Notes under the pieces: generated by a model
Told to the model about the DNA's origin: nothing
Databases searched by the model: none
What the model saw: only the letters and a program-made list of their open reading frames with translations
Position numbers and translations under genes: made by a program
Source: Chloroflexota bacterium
Lineage (GTDB): Bacteria; Chloroflexota; Dehalococcoidia; GIF9; AB-539-J10
Direction: 5' to 3'
DNA length: 64,000 nucleotides
Assembly: GCA_013388845.1 (NCBI GenBank)
Contig: JACAEN010000009.1
Coordinates: 13,767-77,766 of the forward strand
Shown: positions 18,871-28,099 of the stretch, in pieces
Position numbering within the stretch: the first letter of the stretch is position 1
Layout of the letters: every line of letters starts with the position of its first letter

Positions 18871-19896
18871 CTAACTCATCAATACATTCCTAACCTCCTC
18901 TATAATGAAATCACGCTGCAAATTGGTAATCCTTTCCCTTATGCCTTCCGGTTGCTGGTCTAACCATATCAGTGAAGCTAATATTTTCCCTTTTCCGTAG
19001 TGAATGTAGCAAAAAGGTGTAAATGGAATTACTCCTCGATCTCCCTCCCAATCTAATTCTTCAACTACGCTATTAACGTGATTGGTGCAAATAATACCCC
19101 TGTGTATTATGATGTTCTCCAGAGTAAGGTCTTTACCCTTCAATCTAAGTGTAGCTTGTTTTGGAAATCTTTCTATCTCCCCTGTCTTTGAGTTAAGTCT
19201 GTTTACTTCTGTTGCAAGTATATCCACCATTACTAACCTTGAAAAAGGGGAGTCATAACCTGGAACAGGCTGTCGATACTCCTCAAACCTCGTGAGGTCA
19301 AGTAGCTTGTGCATTATCGCTTTATAGTAATGTACCAACTCCATCCTCGTGGGACAATATGAAATTCCCCTTTTCTTATCAAAAAGGAAGAAGAAAGGTA
19401 TATCTGCCACATTAACAAATGTCCCACCATTGTGCACGAAACGTAAAATGGATTTCATAACACTCAAGTTTTCCACATCGACTTCTGGATGTCTTGAGCC
19501 ATAAGGATTTATAACAACGAGATATCTGTCAATAAACCATATTGTCCGAGATTTTGTGATTTTAATGAGTTTTACCTTGGCCTTGACCTGACTTTTATTG
19601 AGCGTGTCATTGATTCTTAAGAGCCATTCTTTTGGCTCCATTTTAGACCAAACATGTCCGTAGCTCGAGTAAGGCAGATCATGAATAATGCCTATGATAG
19701 GTTTTTTTGTTCTATACCACCTGAGGCTTCTTCCAATAATGTACTCTTGAAGAAAACCGGTGCCGTGAAGTAGAAGTACGAATCCCATTGCTAGGATGAG
19801 TGATGACAGTACACCCGGCTTTGCAAGAAATATGAATAGTGAAGAGCCTATGAGCGATGCTCCTATAGCCAGTGTAGTGGTTCTTACTACGTTCAT
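18871..19896 (-). CDS. Hypothetical membrane-anchored protein: two N-terminal TM helices plus a ~270-aa soluble domain. The gene is markedly AT-rich.
   Basis: 341-aa ORF. Hydrophobic stretches LAIGASLIGSSLFIFLA and LILAMGFVLLLHGTGFL. Codon usage and composition differ from neighbouring genes. Confidence 0.55.
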   Translation of the reverse strand: MNVVRTTTLAIGASLIGSSLFIFLAKPGVLSSLILAMGFVLLLHGTGFLQEYIIGRSLRWYRTKKPIIGIIHDLPYSSYGHVWSKMEPKEWLLRINDTLNKSQVKAKVKLIKITKSRTIWFIDRYLVVINPYGSRHPEVDVENLSVMKSILRFVHNGGTFVNVADIPFFFLFDKKRGISYCPTRMELVHYYKAIMHKLLDLTRFEEYRQPVPGYDSPFSRLVMVDILATEVNRLNSKTGEIERFPKQATLRLKGKDLTLENIIIHRGIICTNHVNSVVEELDWEGDRGVIPFTPFCYIHYGKGKILASLIWLDQQPEGIRERITNLQRDFIIEEVRNVLMS

Positions 19897-20352
19897 AAAT
19901 TTACTTTTTGGGTGATAAACTCCCGTTGTTTAGGCGATTTCATGTGACTCCTATCCAACGGGCTTTGGGTTTTGCTTAGCAACTCCTATATTCGCTTTCA
20001 ACTTTGCTCTTATCATATGCAAACAGCAAGATTACCCAGTTCAGGTACATCTTCAACCGCTGAGATTCTTACACGATAAAGGATAGGTTCATCAATCGAG
20101 TCTACACACCTATAATTTCCCATTGAATGCAAGTTCACACGTGGATACGAACCCAACCTCTCGGTCCCTATTCTACAGTACCGTTCTTATATCTACAAGG
20201 AGCATAGCGCCTACCTGCCAAGCTGAACAAGATGAGTTCTTGTTACACGAAGGTTTCTAGCCCAACCATGGTGACCCAGAGTTGACGAGAACCTCAATCG
20301 TTACCTTAATGCTTGGACTTCAGAAAAACCAGCGAAAGGTCATCCCTTCCAC

Positions 20353-21048
20353 TTACGGCTCGGTTGCTGGTTTAAGGATTGTTGCCCAATCAGCCGTTAG
20401 CGGTTGCCTGCAGACAGGGCAATGGAAGCTTGTTGGCATTCCATGCAGCCGGTACGTAGTTCTACAATTTAGGTAGCCGCACGTAATAGGGATGCCCATT
20501 GGTCGAGAACGAGCAGGGTCCGTTCGCCAACTCTCGAATAGTGCGCCAACTATTGCACCTAATACCGCCGCGTCTTTCTTCTTGGCGTCCTCAGCTGAGG
20601 ACGCCCCACCTGCAGCACCTAACGCCCCTCCACGAATGAGCGCTTCAAGAGCGGCCGAGTCGTCATACGAGTTCACGATTGACCTGATGTATTGGAAGGC
20701 CTGGCCGGTTTGGACATAGGGCACGTAATGCGTTACGAAGGGTACAGGGACGTTACACGGTTGCTGGAAAGATTCAAAGACCCAGATCGCTTTTTGAGCC
20801 TGTTGAGCCACTCCAGTCTCGCTACCAATCCAAACCTTGGTATGGGCAAGTTTCTCAACATTTGGCCCCAACAGGAGAAACATTGCAGTTGAGTCGGTAA
20901 TCTGCTTTTGAATGTATCGCCCGGCAGGCGGCTCGTAGCTCTCGTACTCCACGAAAACAGCCCTGACCTTTGTGATGGCGAACACCCCCTCAAAGAAAGT
21001 CTTGATGTCCCTATCTGCTTGGCTGTGCGATATGAATATCTGCGCCAT
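20353..21048 (-). CDS. TIR-like (DUF1863-type) domain protein with a C-terminal C4 zinc ribbon. Start at the internal Met of MAQIFISHS with a strong RBS; the ORF-track start at 21189 is likely an over-extension.
   Basis: MAQIFISHSQADRD...VRAVFVEYE...AMFLLLGPNV resembles TIR/TIR-like beta-alpha repeats. C-terminus CGYLNCRTTYRLHGMPTSFHCPVCRQP. AAGGAGGGGG sits immediately upstream of the ATG at 21048. Confidence 0.5.
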   Translation of the reverse strand: MAQIFISHSQADRDIKTFFEGVFAITKVRAVFVEYESYEPPAGRYIQKQITDSTAMFLLLGPNVEKLAHTKVWIGSETGVAQQAQKAIWVFESFQQPCNVPVPFVTHYVPYVQTGQAFQYIRSIVNSYDDSAALEALIRGGALGAAGGASSAEDAKKKDAAVLGAIVGALFESWRTDPARSRPMGIPITCGYLNCRTTYRLHGMPTSFHCPVCRQPLTADWATILKPATEP

Positions 21049-21218
21049 GCCCCCTCCTTTGGAACACCACCGGGCTGCACATGGGCGCCTCTCATGCCCC
21101 CAAATGACAAAACTCCAGTTCCAGCCAGATTGTAGCACAGCGTTGAAGAAAAGACTATCATACGTCATACCATCTGCAAGTTGGGTCACACAATAGTCAG
21201 GATTGTTGGCCCACCATA

Positions 21219-21698
21219 CTATGTGTGCTCCGATTTGTATGTATCCATCTGCGAAAGCATTTTGTTCAACGCTGCACGTGGCACAACAATCCTCTTCCCA
21301 AACCTTAGGCTAGGTATTTGCCCAGTGCGTACAGCTTCATAGGCTGAAGCCCGGCTTAATCCCAAGAGCTTGGCGGCTGCCGTAACACTAAGAGCCAGGG
21401 GTTCATCAGATTTTCCCGCTGTGGCAACTTGATAGGGATGTACTCCTGTGTCACGATACTTCTTACACCACGACATGTCCAGAAGCGACCGCTCTCTCAA
21501 TATCGCTCTTGCGATTATGCTTGCCAATATCCTTACTCCGTCCTCAAGTTGCCGTCTGTCATTGTCGGTCAGATGACCATTGCCAGTTTCATTGATTCCC
21601 ACTCTTTTCACGAATCCCTCCTTGTTTTTGGAATGAGTATAGTATCGGAGGCAGTCGTGTTCAATTGTTGAACAATACGATGAAAAGTTGGATAACAA
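21219..21698 (-). CDS. DNA-binding protein with a C-terminal excisionase-family HTH_17 motif
   Basis: ...LSVTAAAKLLGLSRASAYEAVRTGQIPSLRFGKRIVVPRAAL. The N-terminal 100 aa are unassigned. Confidence 0.55.
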   Translation of the reverse strand: MLSNFSSYCSTIEHDCLRYYTHSKNKEGFVKRVGINETGNGHLTDNDRRQLEDGVRILASIIARAILRERSLLDMSWCKKYRDTGVHPYQVATAGKSDEPLALSVTAAAKLLGLSRASAYEAVRTGQIPSLRFGKRIVVPRAALNKMLSQMDTYKSEHT

Positions 21699-21751
21699 TC
21701 CGACTAAGAGTTGGCTTTATCAGCTCTGTGTGCTAGTTTATATGCTGTCTC

Positions 21752-22939
21752 ATGGCTCGCTGTATATTCCATATTGATTTAGATGCCTTCTTCGTTTCTG
21801 TGGAGCAGGCGCTTAACCCGGAGCTGAAGGGGAAGCCGGTAATCGTCGGCGGAGACCCTGAGCGCCGTGGCGTAGTGGCCTCGGCTTCCTATGAAGCACG
21901 ACCATTCGGCATCCATGCCGGTATGCCGCTATCTAAGGCGCGTCGCCTCTGTCCCCAAGCAATTCTTATACGGGCTGACTTCTCACGCTACAGAGAGGCT
22001 TCGAACAGATTTATGGAAATCCTTGCCGATTTCTCCCCTGACATCGAACCTTTAGGACTTGACGAAGCCTACCTTGATGTCACCGGATGTGAAGAACCTT
22101 ATGGTTCTCCCCGGAAACTGGCGCTGGCGATAAAGCAAAGAATAAATAACGAACTCAAGCTCACAGCTTCAGTGGGCATCGCTACCTGTAAGGTGGTAGC
22201 TAAGATTGCCTCCGACCTCTGTAAGCCCGATGGGCTGCTGGAGATAGCCCTAGGAGAGGAACAGGCTTTCCTCAATCCACTCCCGGTCGCCAAATTACCC
22301 GGAGTGGGCAAAAAAACGGAGCAGTCCTTAAAAGAGATGGGAATAACGACAATAGGAGAATTAGCATCGCTTCCTTTAGATACGATAAAAAGACGATTCG
22401 GAGCACTTGGCACAGTGCTTCATAGCTATGCCAGGGGAATAGACGACCGGGAGGTAGAGGCGCCGGGTGAAGCTAAATCTATTAGCCAGCAGCTTACTTT
22501 TGCCCGCGATACCTCAGACCGCAATTTTCTGGAAGCTAACCTGCACAATCTATGCCAGGAGGTTTCCCAGGAATTGCGCAGCCAGAATAAAAGGGCAAAA
22601 TGCGTAGCTATAAGACTGAGGTATGCCGACTTTAAGACAATCACCCGCCAGGTCACATTGAAAGAAGCTAGCGACATTACCCAGGTCATTTTTGCCACAG
22701 CTCAGCAGTTGCTGAGTAAAGCTCTGGCACAACAAGGAAAACCAATAAGACTCATAGGTATTCGCATATCGAGCCTGGTTGGCAAGGAGAAACAACTCCC
22801 GATGTTTGATTCCGGGATGGAAAAGCCGGAGCACCTGGATAAAGCTATAGACAAAATTCGCAGTAAATATGGCCCAACGGCGATAAAAACAGGCAACGGC
22901 ATCCCTTCTGAAAACAGTCGGGATAAAAAGAAATTCTAA
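21752..22939 (+). CDS. dinB: DNA polymerase IV (Y-family translesion polymerase)
   Basis: IFHIDLDAFFVSVEQ N-terminus and SIGIATCKVVAKIASD block. Confidence 0.9.
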   Translation: MARCIFHIDLDAFFVSVEQALNPELKGKPVIVGGDPERRGVVASASYEARPFGIHAGMPLSKARRLCPQAILIRADFSRYREASNRFMEILADFSPDIEPLGLDEAYLDVTGCEEPYGSPRKLALAIKQRINNELKLTASVGIATCKVVAKIASDLCKPDGLLEIALGEEQAFLNPLPVAKLPGVGKKTEQSLKEMGITTIGELASLPLDTIKRRFGALGTVLHSYARGIDDREVEAPGEAKSISQQLTFARDTSDRNFLEANLHNLCQEVSQELRSQNKRAKCVAIRLRYADFKTITRQVTLKEASDITQVIFATAQQLLSKALAQQGKPIRLIGIRISSLVGKEKQLPMFDSGMEKPEHLDKAIDKIRSKYGPTAIKTGNGIPSENSRDKKKF

Positions 22940-23160
22940 ATACTAATTTCTAAATCCGAAACAAATTCAAAGCACAAGTGACCAAATGATCAAAACATTT
23001 AACACTTTGAATTTCGTATTTGTTTAGTATTTAGTGCTTAGGGTTTGGGATTTGGAGTGGAGGCGCTTGTGTGATTTGGGCTTTAGGCAGAGGGGTCTTG
23101 TTTTGGGCTTACGATACGAATTATAATTTACTACCTTTAACTACAACAGAAAGGAGAAAG

Positions 23161-24093
23161 ATGGCTGATTATGCCTTTTTCCACAAGCAATTTATGCCAT
23201 TATCGGAAGCTAAAATCGGAATCCTGACCCACGCTCTCCACTACGGCACTGCCTGCTTCGAGGGCATCCGAGGTAACTGGGATAGCGAGCAGAAGAGATT
23301 CTGCCTTTTTAGAATCCAAGACCACTATAAGCGCATGCTCGACGGCTGTCGCATCCTAAAAATCAACCTCCCTTACTCCGTTGATAAGCTGTGCCAGTTG
23401 ACCAAGGAGCTTGTGGAAAGAAGTGGCTACCAGGAAGACGTATACATCCGCCCGTTGGCTTATAAAAGCTCCGAAACTGTCGGAGTGCGTCTTCACAACC
23501 TGGAGGATGACTTCTTTATTGTCGTGACCATACTACCTCCTTACCTTGATACAGAAAATGGTGTTCGCTGCTGCACCTCATCGTGGCGCCGTATAGATGA
23601 CACCATGATTCCCCCACGAGGCAAGATTTGTGGCATTTATGTGAACAGCGCATTGGCTAAAACCGAAGCCTGGGAGGACGGCTTCGATGAAGCAATATTG
23701 CTGACCCACGATGGACATGTCTCCGAAGGCAGTGGTGAGAATATCTTTGTCGTTTTAGGAGGGAAATTGATAACTCCTCCTTCCTCCGATAACATCCTCA
23801 TAGGCATCACCAGGGACACGGTCATGAAATTAGCCAAAAATGAGCTAGGCATAGATACTATTGAGAGGCAAGTTGACAGAAGCGAACTTTATGTGGCTGA
23901 AGAATGCTTCTTTACCGGGACTGCCGCCAATGTAGCACCCATATTGGAAATCGACCATCGCCCGATAGGCACAGGCAAGGTTGGCAAAATAACCGCCCAC
24001 TTACAAAAGCTCTTTGCCGAAGTGATGCTGGGAAGAAATCCTAAATACGGTGAGTGGTATTACCTGGTTTCCCCTAAACGAGTAAAGGTATAA
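23161..24093 (+). CDS. ilvE: Branched-chain amino-acid aminotransferase (class IV PLP). Start at MADYAFF, preceded by AAAGGAGAAAG.
   Basis: ...ALHYGTACFEGIRGNW...EAILLTHDGHVSEGSGENIFVV... The ORF-track start at 23071 lacks an RBS. Confidence 0.85.
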   Translation: MADYAFFHKQFMPLSEAKIGILTHALHYGTACFEGIRGNWDSEQKRFCLFRIQDHYKRMLDGCRILKINLPYSVDKLCQLTKELVERSGYQEDVYIRPLAYKSSETVGVRLHNLEDDFFIVVTILPPYLDTENGVRCCTSSWRRIDDTMIPPRGKICGIYVNSALAKTEAWEDGFDEAILLTHDGHVSEGSGENIFVVLGGKLITPPSSDNILIGITRDTVMKLAKNELGIDTIERQVDRSELYVAEECFFTGTAANVAPILEIDHRPIGTGKVGKITAHLQKLFAEVMLGRNPKYGEWYYLVSPKRVKV

Positions 24094-24115
24094 CCCCTTC
24101 TTCAAAAGTGGAGAG

Positions 24116-24676
24116 CTATCTAGGAGCTACCCCCAAAGCCTTGAGCAGGTAGAGAAGGCGGCAACTCTGTTCCAAGACAGTAGTATAGTAATAGGCTTCC
24201 TCTAACAACTGGCTGGCGGCAAAGCTTCCATGCCCCCGCACTAAAACCACTCTGTGCTCTTTTAGCAACCTAGCTATATCCTCAGCAAGCTCTCCAAGCT
24301 TTTCCGCCATATTGGTACTTAAGACAGGCACCTTAGCCAACAAAGCCCGCCCTTCTACGTCACAGGGTATAATCTCCTTTTCTGTGAAAGACAAGGCAAC
24401 AGCATAAGGCGGATGTGCATGAACCACTGCCAATGCCGAAGTGTTTTGATAGATACAGCGATGAACCTCCAGCTCCGTTGAAGCTAAGGGCGTAGCTCGA
24501 CTGTTCTTAGTTATCCCCGTCTCCACCAAATCCCCTTCCTGAATGGAGCCCAACGCGCTGCCTCGATGGGTGATAAGCAAATGCTCCCCAAGCTTGACGC
24601 TGAGATTACCTCCTTGAGAAGAAACCAATCCTTGAGTAAAGAGAGCTTGCCCTACCGCTTGAAATTGGGACAGCAT
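24116..24676 (-). CDS. Class II aldolase/adducin-family protein (fuculose-phosphate aldolase-like)
   Basis: 186 aa. SQGGNLSVKLGEHLLITHRGSA...AVVHAHPPYAVALS. Confidence 0.65.
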   Translation of the reverse strand: MLSQFQAVGQALFTQGLVSSQGGNLSVKLGEHLLITHRGSALGSIQEGDLVETGITKNSRATPLASTELEVHRCIYQNTSALAVVHAHPPYAVALSFTEKEIIPCDVEGRALLAKVPVLSTNMAEKLGELAEDIARLLKEHRVVLVRGHGSFAASQLLEEAYYYTTVLEQSCRLLYLLKALGVAPR

Positions 24677-24773
24677 CGTACTACGTTAAATCCTAAATTC
24701 CAAACTCTAATCTCTAAACAATTTCAAAATCCAAATTGTTTAGTATTTAGATATCAGTGCTTAGTGCTTCTAG

Positions 24774-25412
24774 TCATGATATACGCCGTATCACAGCCAC
24801 CACCTTCCCCTGAATCTCAACATTATCTGGAGTAGTATAAATGGGTTTCATTTGCCTATTTGCTGGCTCCAGGCGGATGCGATTTGGCTCAGCGAAAAAC
24901 CTCTTAAGTGTCACCTCTTGTTCTGCCTTAAGCCAGACCGCTACCATATCGCCATTCTCAGCACTGCTCACATATTCCATTAACACTATGTCCCCATCTC
25001 CTATCAAAGCATCCATCATGGAATCCCCTCTTACTCGAAGAGCATAAATATCTTGCTTGCCACGAACCAACTCCTCACTGACCTCCAATCCTTCACGGGG
25101 AATAACATGGCCTGTGTCAGGCACGGGAATGGGCTCACCAGCAGCTATGACCCCCACTACGGGAATATAAACAAGTTTCCCCCCTTTTTGCTGTGGGTTC
25201 AAAAACTTAATTCCCCGCGATATGTCACTGTGGCGGCGAATATATCCTGCCTCCTCCAATTTTTTCAGGTTATAAGCTACCACTGAGGTGGAGCTTATCC
25301 CGCATCCCGCAGCAATATCTCTAATAGTAGGAGGATAACCCTTATCTTCCAAAAATTCGGTGACAAAGTTGATAATTCGTTCTTGCTTTGGCGAAAGTGA
25401 CTTAATAGCCAT
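24774..25412 (-). CDS. lexA: LexA repressor (S24 peptidase)
   Basis: N-terminal winged HTH (LSPKQERIINFV...PTIRDIAAG) and a C-terminal Ser/Lys dyad domain (GDSM...; ...IGKV). Confidence 0.9.
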   Translation of the reverse strand: MAIKSLSPKQERIINFVTEFLEDKGYPPTIRDIAAGCGISSTSVVAYNLKKLEEAGYIRRHSDISRGIKFLNPQQKGGKLVYIPVVGVIAAGEPIPVPDTGHVIPREGLEVSEELVRGKQDIYALRVRGDSMMDALIGDGDIVLMEYVSSAENGDMVAVWLKAEQEVTLKRFFAEPNRIRLEPANRQMKPIYTTPDNVEIQGKVVAVIRRIS

Positions 25413-25425
25413 CGGTTACCAGTGA

Positions 25426-25683
25426 CTACTTCTTATTGAGCTTCTTCATTAAGCGCGACTTAAGTCTGGCACCTTTATTTCTATGAATAATCCCCTTGCT
25501 CGCTGCTTTATCTATTCTACTTATAGCCAGCATTATTTTCTGATATGCCGATTCTTCCCCGGCATCAGCTGAACTTTTCGCTTTAACTATGTGTGTTTTA
25601 ACACTCTGGCGCATTAAGCGATTCCTTAACCGCTTTCTCTCCGCTGTCCTGGCTACTTTGTTACTTAGCTTACTAGCTGACAC
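25426..25683 (-). CDS. rpsT: 30S ribosomal protein S20
   Basis: 85 aa, basic. ...KRLRNRLMRQSVKTHIVKA... Confidence 0.9.
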   Translation of the reverse strand: MSASKLSNKVARTAERKRLRNRLMRQSVKTHIVKAKSSADAGEESAYQKIMLAISRIDKAASKGIIHRNKGARLKSRLMKKLNKK

Positions 25684-27823
25684 TTAATTCCCCCTTTCTT
25701 GTTACACTTACTACGTTCCACACTGAATAAATTCTAGACATTATTTTGCTTAGCTGAGCTACACTTTTCACCTCTAAGGTAAAATACAACGTGACACTCT
25801 CATCACGGTGATTACCCATGCTTACCTCGCTGAGGTTAACCCCCTCTTCAGCTATAATAGCACTAATATCCCGAACAAGGCCGACTCTATCCCAGGCATC
25901 GACCTGAATCGTCACAGGGTAAACCTGCGCCACATCGCCCCACTCTACTTCGATCAGCCTTTCCTTCTCTTCTTCATGGATAATATTAGGGCAATCCCTC
26001 CGGTGCACACTGATACCCCGGCCTTGAGTAATATACCCAATAATCTCATCCCCCGGCAAGGGATGACAGCAGTTAGCCAAACGAGTAAGCAAGTCCCCCA
26101 CCCCCAATACGTTAATACTCACAGGGCTGAGCTTTCGTGGAGGCAGAACTTCAACCCCCTCCCCAGTTGACTCCAGTTCTCCGCTTAATTTAAGCACTAC
26201 TTGGGAAGAATGGATGCTACCGTTGCCCAGCGCAGCAAAAAGGTCATCTGCGCTGTCATAGCCGAGTAGATGCGCTACCTCGTCAACACCGGGCAAACCG
26301 AGGCCTAACTTCTTAAGCTCCCTATCCCAAATTTGCTTGCCCGCTTCAATGCATTGACTTCGTTCTTGCTTAGCAAACCATTGTCGGATTTTGGTTCGTG
26401 CATGAGACGTCTTAATATAGCCGAGCTCGGGATTAAGCCAATCCAGACTTGGGCCTTTATCTATTTTGCTGGCCACGATTTCCACTACATCGCCGTTCCT
26501 AAGAGTGTAATTCAAGGGTTCCAGCCTTCCGTTCACTTTCGCTCCGATACACCTATAGCCCAAGTCCGTATGAATTCGAAAGGCGAAATCTAGAGGCGTA
26601 GCGCCTTTGGGCAACTCCTTTATTTCCCCTTTCGGAGTATACACAAATACGCGGTCTGTAAGAACATCGGTTTTAATAGACTCCAGAAATTCCTCACTAT
26701 CAAGCTCCTCCCTCCAATCACCAATCTGCTGCAGCCAAGCTACTTCGTCCTTAAATCGCTCACTCGCTTTCCCTTCCTTATAGAGCCAGTGAGCCGCCAC
26801 CCCATATTCGTTGACCCGATGCATGTCATAAGTCCGAATTTGTATTTCTAGCGGTGTTGTACCCTGACACATTACCGTAGTATGCAAAGCCCGATAGCCG
26901 TTATCCTTGGGATTAGCAATAAAATCGTCGAACTCTTCAGGTATAGGACGCCAGAAATTATGAATTACACCTAGTGCCTTATAACAATCTGAAACCGAAT
27001 CCACTAATACGCGTAAAGCAAAAAGGTCATGGATATCCCCAAAAGTCTTACCTTGCGCATCATACTTGCCCATCTTTTGATATATGCTGTAAATATGTTT
27101 TGGCCGGCCGTAAACCTTAGCTTTTATACCGGCTTTGTCTAATTCCTGGCCTAGTATCTCACTAACTTCATTGATGAACCCTTCCCTCTCGGCTCGCTTT
27201 CCAGCTACTAAGCGAGCAATCCGATGGTACACCCGAGGCTTCAGATAGCGAAAAGCTAGATCCTCTAATTGCCATTTCGCTTGCCTCATACCTAAACGGT
27301 GCGCCAAGGGAGCATATATCTCCAAGGTCTCTTGAGCAATAGCTCGCCGTTTCTCTGCCGGTAGAACCCCTAGTGTACGCATGTTATGTAACCTGTCTGC
27401 CAATTTGATGAGAACCACCCGCAGGTCTTCAGCCGAAGCCATGAGCATCTTGCGTAAGTTCTCCGCCTGAACCTTCGATTCTGCTTCCCCCGTTCGAGCT
27501 CGACTAGCAAGCTTGTTCAGCTTCGTAACTCCATCAACAAGTTTAACCACTTGTGAACCAAACTTGGACTCGATCTCGCCTAATGATATACCACAATCCT
27601 CGGGGACATCGTGCAATAAGGCCGCAGCCAAGGTTTCAGCGTCAAGGTGAAACTCAGCTAAAATCATAGCTGTATTTAAAGGATGTTCTAGATAGGGCTC
27701 CCCCGTCATACGTACTTGCCCCTGGTGAGCTTTGGCAGCGAATTCGTAGGCTGCTTTAACCAGAGCTACCTTATCTTCGGGCAAGTAAGTGCTAGCCTGT
27801 TCTATAAGCGCATTACCGTCCAT
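25673..27823 (-). CDS. rel: Bifunctional (p)ppGpp synthetase/hydrolase (RelA/SpoT homolog)
   Basis: HD hydrolase domain (HLDAETLAAALLHDVPED), synthetase domain, and TGS and ACT C-terminal domains. 716 aa. Confidence 0.9.
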   Translation of the reverse strand: MDGNALIEQASTYLPEDKVALVKAAYEFAAKAHQGQVRMTGEPYLEHPLNTAMILAEFHLDAETLAAALLHDVPEDCGISLGEIESKFGSQVVKLVDGVTKLNKLASRARTGEAESKVQAENLRKMLMASAEDLRVVLIKLADRLHNMRTLGVLPAEKRRAIAQETLEIYAPLAHRLGMRQAKWQLEDLAFRYLKPRVYHRIARLVAGKRAEREGFINEVSEILGQELDKAGIKAKVYGRPKHIYSIYQKMGKYDAQGKTFGDIHDLFALRVLVDSVSDCYKALGVIHNFWRPIPEEFDDFIANPKDNGYRALHTTVMCQGTTPLEIQIRTYDMHRVNEYGVAAHWLYKEGKASERFKDEVAWLQQIGDWREELDSEEFLESIKTDVLTDRVFVYTPKGEIKELPKGATPLDFAFRIHTDLGYRCIGAKVNGRLEPLNYTLRNGDVVEIVASKIDKGPSLDWLNPELGYIKTSHARTKIRQWFAKQERSQCIEAGKQIWDRELKKLGLGLPGVDEVAHLLGYDSADDLFAALGNGSIHSSQVVLKLSGELESTGEGVEVLPPRKLSPVSINVLGVGDLLTRLANCCHPLPGDEIIGYITQGRGISVHRRDCPNIIHEEEKERLIEVEWGDVAQVYPVTIQVDAWDRVGLVRDISAIIAEEGVNLSEVSMGNHRDESVTLYFTLEVKSVAQLSKIMSRIYSVWNVVSVTRKGELSVS

Positions 27824-27885
27824 CTAGTTCATAATACTGCAATAGCAAAAGTAACGCAAATTATTGGTTAAATTCCAAATATCAA

Positions 27886-27902
27886 TCCCGATTTAATCGG
27901 GA
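27886..27902. repeat. CCCGA-N-TCGGG micro-hairpin, copy TCCCGATTTAATCGGGA
   Basis: Perfect 6-bp stem with a 5-nt loop. One member of a family of 8 or more such hairpins in the window. Confidence 0.7.
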
Positions 27903-28010
27903 CAAAGCTCTAAACTGTTTTGGTCATTTGATATTGTTTAGGATTTAGATATTAGAATTTAGGATTTCCTCAGATCCGCGACGTGAATGAATTCATTACT
28001 TCGTGCCTCG

Positions 28011-28026
28011 TCCCGATTTATCGGGA
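28011..28026. repeat. CCCGA-N4-TCGGG micro-hairpin, copy TCCCGATTTATCGGGA
   Basis: Perfect palindrome, read directly from the sequence. Confidence 0.7.
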
Positions 28027-28099
28027 CTCACAACAACTTCTGTGTCAGCATCTCTGCAAACCCCAATAATAAATAATATGGTGTAACTACTCACCCTAA

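Noticed and set aside
20127-20160. T-arm-like word GGATACGAACCCAACC, suggesting a tRNA or tmRNA fragment
   Set aside because: I could not complete an acceptor stem, anticodon arm or a proper 5-bp T-stem on either strand. Kept only as part of the non-coding gap finding.
21049-21189. N-terminal 47-codon extension of the TIR-like ORF (MTQLADGMTYDS...)
   Set aside because: A strong AAGGAGGGGG RBS sits directly before the internal ATG at 21048, which begins the conserved (I)FISHS motif. The extension has no RBS and is probably untranslated.
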